Positions 55,505 to 63,530 of a stretch of 64,000 bases of DNA are shown here, piece after piece. Made by a program: the position numbers and the translations under genes. The stretch comes from Selenomonadaceae bacterium (GTDB lineage Bacteria > Bacillota > Negativicutes > Selenomonadales > Selenomonadaceae): NCBI GenBank assembly GCA_024698045.1, contig JAILRS010000033.1:1159-65158 (forward strand), read 5' to 3'. Every line of letters starts with the position of its first letter. The first letter of the stretch is position 1. A model generated the notes under the pieces. It saw nothing but the letters and a program-made list of their open reading frames with translations, made no database searches and had not been told where the DNA came from.

Positions 55505-57691
55505 ATGTTGAATCTGGCCAAAGTTCGGAAACGTTCGGGGCAACGAGTTTCCTACGACCGCGAAAAAATTTACAATGCAATCGTAGGTGCAAACCGTGAC
55601 GCATCGACACCTGCCGACAGGCTTTCAACAGAGGACATCGAAGTTGTCACCAATTCTGTCGAGCAAGCTATTGCCGATAACGAAATTGTCGGCGTCGAAG
55701 CGATTCAAGATCAAGTAGAGAAAGCCCTCATGGCTCACGGTTTTTTTGATGTTGCCAAACAATTTATTGTCTATCGTCAAAAACATACTCAACGACGAGC
55801 CGCGCAGAAAAAATTGATGGCTACTTACCGCGATATCTTTTTTGCCGATTCCGTCGATATCGATTTGAAACGCGATAATGCTAACATCAACACAGATGCG
55901 TCAATGGGTATCATGCTCAAATTGGGCGCGGAAAGTTCCAAGTATTTTGTCGATAACTACGTTTTGCCCGAGGAATTTGCTCAAGCCGACAAAGATAATT
56001 GGATTCATATTCACGACAAAGATTTTTCGCTGATAACTTTCAACTGCTGTCAAATCGATTTGCTGAAACTTTTCCGCGGTGGTTTTTCTACAGGTCATGG
56101 ATTTTTGCGCGAACCTAATTCAATTCGTTCGTATGCTTCGCTTGCCTGTATCGCTATCCAAAGCAATCAGAATGATATGTTCGGCGGACAAAGTATCAAT
56201 GCCTTCGACTACGCAATGGCGGAAGGCGTAAAGAAATCTTTCAAGAAGGCGATTCGCGACGAAATAAGACGTGCTTGCGAATTTTGCGACATCAAACCGA
56301 ACGGCGATGTAGATTTTGACATCTGTACCTATTCCGAGTCGGGAAATCCTACCGCCGTCGAAAACCTTACCAAAGTTATCGGTTCTGCCAAAATCGCGGA
56401 AAAAATTTACAGTCAAGCTTGCCACGACGTCACCGAGGAAACTCATCAGGCAATGGAGGCTTTGATTCATAATTTCAATACGCTACACAGCCGCGCAGGT
56501 GCTCAAGTTCCCTTCAGCTCGATTAATTACGGAATGGATACCAGTCCCGAGGGGCGTCTCGTCACGCGCGAAGTACTTAACGCTATCGAGGCAGGTCTCG
56601 GCAATGGTGAAACTCCTATCTTCCCTATCAGTGTCTTTCAATTGAAGAGCGGCGTTAATTACAACGTCGACGATCCGAATTATGATTTATTCCGTCAGGC
56701 TTGCAAAGTCAGCGCGAAAAGATTGTTCCCCAACTTCGTAAATATCGACGCGCCTTATAATCTGCAATATTACAAGCCCGGCGATTATAACAGCTGCGTC
56801 GCGACAATGGGCTGCCGTACTCGTGTCATGTCGAATGTCAACGGGCGTGAAGAATCGGGCAGCCGCGGTAATTTTGCCTTCGTGACTATCAATCTGCCCA
56901 AACTTGCACTCGAGGCTAAAGGCAACCTTGAGGAGTTCTTTAACCTCTACGACAAATATATCACTATGTGCCACGATTACTTATTGTTGCGGCTGAAGAT
57001 TATCGAAGAGAAACACGTCTATAATTTCCCGTTCCTCATGGGGCAAGGAGTTTGGATGGATTCGGAAAAACTCAAGCCTTCCGATAAAATTAAAGACGTC
57101 CTCAAACATGCAAGTTATTCCGTAGGTTTTTGCGGTTTGGCAGAATGTCTTGTTGCGTTAATCGGCAAACATCACGGGCAGAGCGAAGAGGCGCAGGAAC
57201 TCGGATTGAAAATTGTCGGTCATCTGCGCGAACGTCTGGATAATTACGCCAAGGCGGAGAAAAGAAATTGGACGACCTTCGGGACGCCTGCCGAATCAAC
57301 TGCGGGACAATTCCAACGCTCCAACAGAAAAATTTACGGTAACATCAAAGGCGTAACCGACAGACCTTATATGACAAATTCAAGTCATGTGCCCGTTTAT
57401 TTCCCGATATGCGCAGGTGAAAAAATCAGAATCGAGGCACCGTATCACGCTCTTTGTAATGCCGGACATATTGCATACATCGAAATGGACGGAGATCCGA
57501 CGAAAAATTTATCGGCATTCGAGGCATTGGTTCGCGCCATGCATGACGCAAATATGGGTTACTTCTCGATAAATCATCCCGTCGACAGAGATCCTATTTG
57601 CGGTTACACCGGTATTATCGCCAATGAATGTCCGCACTGTCACCGTAAAGAAACCGAAATCGGAACTTTCCATCTCAGACGACTTAAATAA
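55505..57691 (+). CDS. nrdD: anaerobic ribonucleoside-triphosphate reductase (class III), reading frame ends before the glycyl-radical motif
   Basis: N-terminal ATP-cone (VRKRSGQRVSYDREKIYNAI) and an NrdD core throughout. The C-terminal zinc-ribbon region is PICGYTGIIANECPHCH, then RKETEIGTFHLRRLK-stop. The expected RR(V/I)(C/T)GY...NxGKxxE tail is absent. Confidence 0.9.
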   Translation: MLNLAKVRKRSGQRVSYDREKIYNAIVGANRDASTPADRLSTEDIEVVTNSVEQAIADNEIVGVEAIQDQVEKALMAHGFFDVAKQFIVYRQKHTQRRAAQKKLMATYRDIFFADSVDIDLKRDNANINTDASMGIMLKLGAESSKYFVDNYVLPEEFAQADKDNWIHIHDKDFSLITFNCCQIDLLKLFRGGFSTGHGFLREPNSIRSYASLACIAIQSNQNDMFGGQSINAFDYAMAEGVKKSFKKAIRDEIRRACEFCDIKPNGDVDFDICTYSESGNPTAVENLTKVIGSAKIAEKIYSQACHDVTEETHQAMEALIHNFNTLHSRAGAQVPFSSINYGMDTSPEGRLVTREVLNAIEAGLGNGETPIFPISVFQLKSGVNYNVDDPNYDLFRQACKVSAKRLFPNFVNIDAPYNLQYYKPGDYNSCVATMGCRTRVMSNVNGREESGSRGNFAFVTINLPKLALEAKGNLEEFFNLYDKYITMCHDYLLLRLKIIEEKHVYNFPFLMGQGVWMDSEKLKPSDKIKDVLKHASYSVGFCGLAECLVALIGKHHGQSEEAQELGLKIVGHLRERLDNYAKAEKRNWTTFGTPAESTAGQFQRSNRKIYGNIKGVTDRPYMTNSSHVPVYFPICAGEKIRIEAPYHALCNAGHIAYIEMDGDPTKNLSAFEALVRAMHDANMGYFSINHPVDRDPICGYTGIIANECPHCHRKETEIGTFHLRRLK

Positions 57692-57702
57692 AGGAGACGC
57701 CT

Positions 57703-58422
57703 ATGAATATCGTTAATTTAGGCGAACCTTCAAGAACTTACGGTAACGCAAATCAAATCGGTAATAAGCGAGTACCTTCCACAAGTTTTGCGAATTTATT
57801 GACTGAGACTGTTTTTGCCGATAGCCCAACAAAATCCGTACAAAGCTTTGAAGATATGTGGAAATCAAAATTTCCCGAAGCTAAATACCATGTAATGGAT
57901 GCGTCTAAAATCTCCCAAGGAGTATGGGAACGCAACGATTTTCCTTTTGAAAAATTCTTTGCCGAAAGCGTCGATGAATCAGTTTTGAATTGGCAACCTA
58001 CGGGAATTGAACCACAAATGAGCGATTCAAACGTTCAGACCAAATTAAATTCAACATTAGGGACAAAATCGATTCTTGTTCCGCCCGAATTAGATGAGAA
58101 GATGAAAACTGATTCAGAACTGTCCGAAAAGGTTATGGATAAAGTTAACGGTTTCATCGCAAATCATCCGACAAGACCGGGACGAGTACTGTCATACTTG
58201 ATTGCTTTGGATGGAAATGGTGATATCGCGCATTTTCGTGTAACGGGTGGCGGCGGACATATATCCGCTCCTTCTAAGGAAGAATTGCGACAATTCGAGG
58301 CAGAGCAAGCGGTCCAAAAAGAAAGAAAAGCTAAACTTGAGGCAAATCAAAATGTTGCAGATGAACGACGCCTTAAAGAGGCGGAAAATCTGCGCAGGAA
58401 AGATATAGAATCCGATTTTTGA
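57703..58422 (+). CDS. hypothetical protein, 239 aa
   Basis: Strong RBS AAAGGAGA 5 nt before the ATG. Contains FEDMWKSKFPEAKYHVMDASKISQGVWERNDFPFEKFF and a charged coiled-coil tail. No family recognised. Confidence 0.7.
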   Translation: MNIVNLGEPSRTYGNANQIGNKRVPSTSFANLLTETVFADSPTKSVQSFEDMWKSKFPEAKYHVMDASKISQGVWERNDFPFEKFFAESVDESVLNWQPTGIEPQMSDSNVQTKLNSTLGTKSILVPPELDEKMKTDSELSEKVMDKVNGFIANHPTRPGRVLSYLIALDGNGDIAHFRVTGGGGHISAPSKEELRQFEAEQAVQKERKAKLEANQNVADERRLKEAENLRRKDIESDF

Positions 58423-58471
58423 ATACCCGAACTTTTGTATTTGATGATACTTCAATAAATTGTATAATACG

Positions 58472-58500
58472 GAAGCCGCCCCGCAGGGGCGGCTTCTTCT
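58472..58500 (+). terminator. GC-rich hairpin after the 239 aa ORF
   Basis: GAAGCCGCCCC gca GGGGCGGCTTC followed by TTCT (weak U-tract). Confidence 0.5.
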
Positions 58501-58575
58501 CTCCCTATAAGTCGATATTAACATTGACTTGGGACGTTTATTAATGTTGAGGCCGCCCAAGGACGGGCGGCCGCC

Positions 58576-58666
58576 GGCAACGTGACGTTGCATCCTGAAA
58601 TCGCGACAAAGTTTTTGCCAACCGTAATTAATGACCGCGATTGTAACAATTACCAAGTTGACTTTG
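58576..58666. repeat. 91 nt structured module, copy 1
   Basis: ggcaacgtgacgttgcatcc..aaatcgcga.aaagtttttgcca...gtaattaatgaccgcg..tgtaa.....a.gttgactttg. About 87% identical to copy 2. Contains the 15 bp palindrome GCAACGTGACGTTGC (58577-58591). Confidence 0.85.
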
Positions 58667-58710
58667 AACACTTTCGATAACGACTGAAAGTGCCGCCACC
58701 GCAAAGAAAA

Positions 58711-58801
58711 GGCAACGTGACGTTGCATCCCAAAATCGCGATAAAGTTTTTGCCAGCTGTAATTAATGACCGCGCCTGTAAATTATAACAGGTTGACTTT
58801 G
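58711..58801. repeat. 91 nt structured module, copy 2
   Basis: Same module 135 nt downstream. Palindrome at 58712-58726. Confidence 0.85.
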
Positions 58802-58873
58802 TCTCCTTTTGTTAACCGAACGAAAGGAGCCCACTCACACTATTGATAATTTCCGATAAATACAATATGAATA

Positions 58874-58902
58874 TTGACTGAAAGGGCATGATTTGCTACA
58901 AT
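58874..58902 (+). promoter_or_regulatory. near-consensus sigma-70 promoter of the stp-pknB-rsgA operon
   Basis: TTGACT (58874-58879), 17 nt spacer, TACAAT (58897-58902). Confidence 0.6.
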
Positions 58903-58948
58903 CAATTAACAAAAAATTATTCGTCGGATTTATCAAGAGGTGACTGTC

Positions 58949-59650
58949 TTGGCGAAAATATATAGGGCGACACATGTCGGTAAAGTCCGCCGCAATAACG
59001 AGGACTCGATAATAGTAATAGATCCGAAAACATTTGTAGTGGCGGACGGAATGGGCGGAGCCTCCGCAGGAGAAGTAGCCAGCCAAATGTTAGTCGAAAT
59101 CGTAAAAATTTTTCTGTTGAAAATGCCAAGACCATGGGATGATAAAATTTTGAGCCGGGCAATATTGTTGGCTAACCAAAAAATTTTTGATATGGCACAA
59201 CAGAACAGTAACTACAACGGAATGGGCACCACGGCAACAATATTGTCGCTATACAAAGACAAAGCGTACTTTGCTCACGTCGGTGACAGTCGCATCTACA
59301 TGTTGAGGAACAATGTCCTTAAACAAATAACCGAAGATCATTCCTACGTAGAAAGTTTAGTCAGACGAGGAGATATAACGCCCGAACAGGCACGCAGTCA
59401 CCCGATGAAAAATGTTTTGACACAAGCAGTGGGTGTCGTGGAGAAAATTTTCGTCGATACGGCAAATTTCACGACACAAAAAGGCGATATGTTCCTGTTG
59501 TGCACAGACGGTTTAACGAATATGATAGACGACGAAACAATTGGCAAAATTATGCGCAAAGCGGAAGATCCTGCCAAAGAATTGGTCGAGGCCGCCCTTG
59601 ATGCCGGCGGAAAAGATAATGTCAGTGTTATCGTTGCAGGAGTTGATTAG
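58949..59650 (+). CDS. stp: PP2C-family Ser/Thr protein phosphatase
   Basis: Track start GTG 58940 lies inside the RBS. TTG 58949 is 6 nt after AGAGGTG. THVGKVRRNNEDS...ADGMGG...GTTAT...VGDSR...CTDGL...GGKDNVS. Confidence 0.92.
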   Translation: MAKIYRATHVGKVRRNNEDSIIVIDPKTFVVADGMGGASAGEVASQMLVEIVKIFLLKMPRPWDDKILSRAILLANQKIFDMAQQNSNYNGMGTTATILSLYKDKAYFAHVGDSRIYMLRNNVLKQITEDHSYVESLVRRGDITPEQARSHPMKNVLTQAVGVVEKIFVDTANFTTQKGDMFLLCTDGLTNMIDDETIGKIMRKAEDPAKELVEAALDAGGKDNVSVIVAGVD

Positions 59651-59761
59651 TCATGTGCCGCGAAATTTTTTACTGCGCATTGAATATTTATCATGCAATG
59701 CGTGGGGCGATTGATTATGCGTTCCGTATTGCACATGATGCATTAATTTGAGGGGCATGAT

Positions 59762-61612
59762 ATGATTCAGCGAGTCTTAGGCGAGCGATACGAGCTCGAA
59801 GAGAAAATCGGTAGCGGTGGCATGGCTGAAGTCTACAAAGCCCATGATAGACTGCTTGCTCGTCCCGTTGCAGTGAAAATTCTCCATGCGGCTTACCGTT
59901 CGGACGTGGAATTTATCGAACGCTTTCACCGTGAAGCAAAATCGGCGGCGCGGCTCACGAATACACACATAGTCAGCGTTTACGACGTAGGCGAGGACGA
60001 CGGCGATCATTATATCGTAATGGAATATGTAAAGAGCAGCACACTCAAGAAAAAAATTCAGGACGAAGGACCTCTCGATTTGTTGGCTGCCGTTTCCATT
60101 GCAAAGGATATTGCCGACGGTCTCACTCATGCTCACGCAAATAATATCGTTCATTGCGATATCAAGCCGCATAATGTTTTGATGACCGAAGACGGACACG
60201 CAAAAATAACGGACTTCGGAATAGCGCGCGCGGTAACCGAATCGACTTTGACTTATGGCGGAAATGTTATCGGTTCGGTGCATTACTTTTCGCCCGAACA
60301 GGCGCGCGGCGGCTCAATTACTCCCAAATCCGATATCTATTCATTGGGTATCGTACTCTATGAAATGTTGACGAATCGTTTGCCGTTCACGGGCGATAAT
60401 CCCGTAGCGATAGCGATGAAACACCTTGAGGACGAGCCGATAGCTCCCAGTCGATATCGGCCGCAGATTCCGCCGATGCTTGAATCGATTATCTGCCGCG
60501 CAATGAGTAAAAGTCCCGAAATTCGTCCGTCAAGTTTCGAAATGATGCAGGAGCTGGGCAATGTCGAAAAAATATTGATGAGTTCTTCCGAAGGGACAGA
60601 CCCCGATGCGACAAAAGTTTTGAAACCGACAAACATCCCACCGCGCAGAATAAATCGTCAAGGTTTGGGCACAACCTCGAAAGACGATGCCAAAATTAAG
60701 AAGACCGTTCCCGAATCAAAACCGTTTTTCAAATCGAAAATTTTTATGTTCATGATGGTTTTCGTGCTGATGATTGGTTTCGGCGTGGGAATTTTTGCGG
60801 CGTTCGGGAATGTAATGGGTAACAGCGAAACGGTTGTAGTGCCCGATGTCAAAGGTAAACAACTCGCACTTGCCAGACAAATTTTGGAAGATGGCAAATT
60901 GCGCGTCAATGTCGCCGAAACATATGATGCAAGCGTCCCCGCGGGACAAGTTGTGTCACAAGATCCCGATGTAGGAAAAACAGTCAAAAGCAATCGTCTT
61001 GTCACGATTTATGTAAGCAAGGGCGGCGAAGAAATAGAAATGCCCGACTTAACGGGCTTGGCAAAGTCTGCGGCTGTCGAACGGATTCAAAAACTTGGAT
61101 TGAATTTGGGATCCGTTTACGAAAAAGATTCGGAAAGCGAACCGGGAACGGTTTTATCGCACGATCCGAACACCGGCACTAAAATTACTCGCGGACAAAT
61201 TATTGATTTGGTTGTCTCGCGCGGCGTGCCGCAAACTCAAACGCAGGAAGTGCAACAGGTTACCCGAAAAGTTACGCAGGTACCCGATGTCGCTTCGGTT
61301 AATTTGAGCAGTGCCGAAGAAAGTATCACGGGACGCGGATTAAAAGTCGGCTCCATAACGTATCAGGAAAGTCAGCAAACCGACGGGACGATTATATCGC
61401 AATCTCCTTCCGCCAATTCCGAAGTCGATTTGGATTCTTACGTTGATTTGGTTGTAGCGCGATATGTGCCGCCCGAACCCGAACCACAGCCGGAACCGCA
61501 ACCCGAGCCCCAACCCGTGGATAATTACAACGATGACAATAATTCGGATACATCTGCTCCCGTGGAGCCCGAACCTACACGCGAAGACAGTCAGCCGAAA
61601 GGAAATTATTGA
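59762..61612 (+). CDS. pknB: Ser/Thr protein kinase with extracellular PASTA repeats and a PEPQ-repeat tail
   Basis: Hanks kinase motifs (GSGGMAEVYKA, VAVKIL, HCDIKPHN, DFGIA), one TM, three PASTA units (VPDVKG..., MPDLTG..., VPDVAS...), then a PEPEPQPEPQPEPQPV tail. Confidence 0.94.
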   Translation: MIQRVLGERYELEEKIGSGGMAEVYKAHDRLLARPVAVKILHAAYRSDVEFIERFHREAKSAARLTNTHIVSVYDVGEDDGDHYIVMEYVKSSTLKKKIQDEGPLDLLAAVSIAKDIADGLTHAHANNIVHCDIKPHNVLMTEDGHAKITDFGIARAVTESTLTYGGNVIGSVHYFSPEQARGGSITPKSDIYSLGIVLYEMLTNRLPFTGDNPVAIAMKHLEDEPIAPSRYRPQIPPMLESIICRAMSKSPEIRPSSFEMMQELGNVEKILMSSSEGTDPDATKVLKPTNIPPRRINRQGLGTTSKDDAKIKKTVPESKPFFKSKIFMFMMVFVLMIGFGVGIFAAFGNVMGNSETVVVPDVKGKQLALARQILEDGKLRVNVAETYDASVPAGQVVSQDPDVGKTVKSNRLVTIYVSKGGEEIEMPDLTGLAKSAAVERIQKLGLNLGSVYEKDSESEPGTVLSHDPNTGTKITRGQIIDLVVSRGVPQTQTQEVQQVTRKVTQVPDVASVNLSSAEESITGRGLKVGSITYQESQQTDGTIISQSPSANSEVDLDSYVDLVVARYVPPEPEPQPEPQPEPQPVDNYNDDNNSDTSAPVEPEPTREDSQPKGNY

Positions 61613-61613
61613 T

Positions 61614-62489
61614 ATGCAAAATATCGGACGCGTAATAAAATTTTATAACAGTTTTTTCTTCGTGAAGTCGGATAACGAGTTAATCCCCTGCAAATTGCGC
61701 GGACTGCTCAAGCGCGACAAAAAAATCGGCAGTGCGGTCTGCGTCGGGGATTTCGTGGAAATATCAAGACTTAGGGACGGTAGCGGCGTGATTGAAAGTA
61801 TTCAGTCGCGCCGAAATTTTTTAATACGGCCGCCCGTTGCCAATGTCGACAGAGTTATTTTGACTTTCGCAGTCGACGCCCCGAAATTACATCCGCTGCT
61901 TTTGAATCGCTTTATCACTTTGGCGGAACAGTCCGCACTTGACGAAATTATAATTTGCGTCAACAAATCGGATTTGGCGACGGAAGAAAATTTTTTGGCG
62001 GAATATGAATCGCTCTACAAAATTTTGCGCGTGTCCGCCGCGACGGGTGAAGGCATTGACGAATTGAAAAAAATTTTGTCTACGGGCGTAACCGTTTTGG
62101 CAGGTCCCAGCGGTGTCGGAAAATCTTCGCTGTTAAACGCCGTGGATAATAATCTGCAACTTAAAGTCGGCAAAGTCAGCGAAAAAATTTTGCGCGGCAA
62201 ACATACGACACGTGTCGCCGAACTTCTGCAATACAACGACGGTTTTCTTGTCGATACTCCCGGTTTCAGCGCGGTTGATTTGGTTGACGCAGGTTTAGAC
62301 AAAAATAAATTGCGCCATTGCTTCAAGGAGTTTACCCAATTCGCAGGCGCATGTAAATTTCGCAATGTATGTACTCACAGCCACGAACCCGATTGCGGCG
62401 TTAAAGCGGCCGTTGAGCGCGGCGATATCCTTCGTGAACGCTATGATGCTTATCTTACTTTATTGAACGAAGTTGCCGCCGATAAGTAA
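61614..62489 (+). CDS. rsgA: ribosome small-subunit-dependent GTPase A
   Basis: Track ORF 61464.. is an out-of-frame overlap with pknB. ATG 61614 is 1 nt after the pknB stop. GRVIKFYNSFFFV...NKSDL...LAGPSGVGKSSL...HTT...DTPGF...C.F..C.H..EPDC. Confidence 0.92.
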   Translation: MQNIGRVIKFYNSFFFVKSDNELIPCKLRGLLKRDKKIGSAVCVGDFVEISRLRDGSGVIESIQSRRNFLIRPPVANVDRVILTFAVDAPKLHPLLLNRFITLAEQSALDEIIICVNKSDLATEENFLAEYESLYKILRVSAATGEGIDELKKILSTGVTVLAGPSGVGKSSLLNAVDNNLQLKVGKVSEKILRGKHTTRVAELLQYNDGFLVDTPGFSAVDLVDAGLDKNKLRHCFKEFTQFAGACKFRNVCTHSHEPDCGVKAAVERGDILRERYDAYLTLLNEVAADK

Positions 62490-62516
62490 ATGTCAAAAAA
62501 TTTATCCGAAAGGTTT

Positions 62517-63173
62517 TTAAGCGTATTTCATGACTACGCCGCGAATCATATCACTGACTTTCTTCGTGTGGTCTAAGGCGTCCTCAATGTCCTCTAAGAT
62601 GTCTTTCCACTTAATCAGATGAATGACCGCGCGGCTGGCTCCGTGCTCCTTTGCCGCCTCTACTGCGTCGTCGAAAAGTATTCCGATTTCGGATCGGTAA
62701 ATCAAATCGCCCGCGCTTTCCCAATTTGAAACTTTGTGCACCGAATCCAAAATCTCGCGCTGATTGTTTTTCACGTCACTCAAAAGCTTGAACATCTTGA
62801 CAAGTTCTTCGGTGCTTTCAACCAAAAGCTTTGTCAAATCGGGACTGCGTTGTGTCGAATGTCCCGCGCTGTACATCAAAATTCTCTGCAATGCGCCCTG
62901 TATCATGTCGACGCCTATGCCCAATTCGCTCGCTATGGAGTAAATATCTTCGCGATCTATCGGCGTGATAAAACTTAAGTTTAGTTTGTTGAAAATCTTT
63001 TCGTTGATTTCGTCTGCGGCCGTTTCAAGACCCAAAATTTCCTCGCTCTGTTCGCTGGATTTATTTGGGTCTTTTATTATGTTGTCAAGTAAGACCGCGC
63101 CCCGATTGAAAAATTTTGCGTTCTCGACAAATAAATCGAAGAACTCCGTATCTTTTCGAGCAAAATTAAACAT
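62517..63173 (-). CDS. DUF47 (PhoU-like, YkaA/TIGR00153) family protein
   Basis: MFNFARKDTEFFDLFVENAKFF...ETAADEINEKIFNKLNLSFITPIDREDIYSIASEL... is the typical DUF47 layout. Confidence 0.82.
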   Translation of the reverse strand: MFNFARKDTEFFDLFVENAKFFNRGAVLLDNIIKDPNKSSEQSEEILGLETAADEINEKIFNKLNLSFITPIDREDIYSIASELGIGVDMIQGALQRILMYSAGHSTQRSPDLTKLLVESTEELVKMFKLLSDVKNNQREILDSVHKVSNWESAGDLIYRSEIGILFDDAVEAAKEHGASRAVIHLIKWKDILEDIEDALDHTKKVSDMIRGVVMKYA

Positions 63174-63185
63174 GGTAGACCTCCG

Positions 63186-63500
63186 TTAAAGTTTTTCGGT
63201 CATCAAGCCGTAAATGCATTTGCGACTACACCAACCGTTTGAGTGACCGTGATTATTTGAAATTTGATATGTATTGCCGTTTCGTATCGCCGTAATTTTA
63301 TGTAGATAGTAATGCCCTGCCACTTTGCAGAAGACAATATTATTTTTGGCAAGTTTTATGTCGGCGGTAACGGGTACAACGATTGCAGGCTGCCCGGATT
63401 TTAAAATCGGTGTCATCGATTGCCCGAACCCTATTATCGTTATTGTTTCTCCTGCTTGAAGATGTTCCGCCGAAATTTTATTTTCCCTCCCGACAAACAT
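63186..63500 (-). CDS. small S24/S26-peptidase-like single-domain protein
   Basis: 104 aa. GQSMTPILKSGQ resembles the G(D)SM.P nucleophile motif of the LexA/signal-peptidase fold, with K in FCKVAGHYYLHKI downstream. This is a weak, motif-level call. Confidence 0.45.
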   Translation of the reverse strand: MFVGRENKISAEHLQAGETITIIGFGQSMTPILKSGQPAIVVPVTADIKLAKNNIVFCKVAGHYYLHKITAIRNGNTYQISNNHGHSNGWCSRKCIYGLMTEKL

Positions 63501-63530
63501 CTTATCAGCTCCCGAAAAATTTTGCGCCGA

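Noticed and set aside
57686-57760. Stop-codon read-through, selenocysteine-type recoding or a frameshift that would restore the NrdD glycyl-radical tail
   Set aside because: The stop is TAA. The in-frame continuation is RRRL-stop. Neither of the other two frames downstream encodes anything like (V/I)(C/T)GY...N.GK.
58192-58728. 178 aa minus-strand ORF spanning the repeat region and the 3' end of the 239 aa gene
   Set aside because: There is no RBS. It overlaps a well-supported convergent gene and its terminator. It exists only because both 91 nt modules happen to be open in one frame (MQRHVA... occurs twice).
58576-58801. CRISPR array
   Set aside because: There are only two copies. The units are 91 nt, the period is 135 nt, the copies are 13% diverged, and no cas genes are in the window.
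61464-61613. N-terminal 50 aa extension of the rsgA ORF overlapping the end of pknB
   Set aside because: The extension is the PEPQ-repeat DNA read in another frame (MCRPNPNHSRNRNPSPNP...). RsgA homology begins at ATG 61614, right after the pknB stop.
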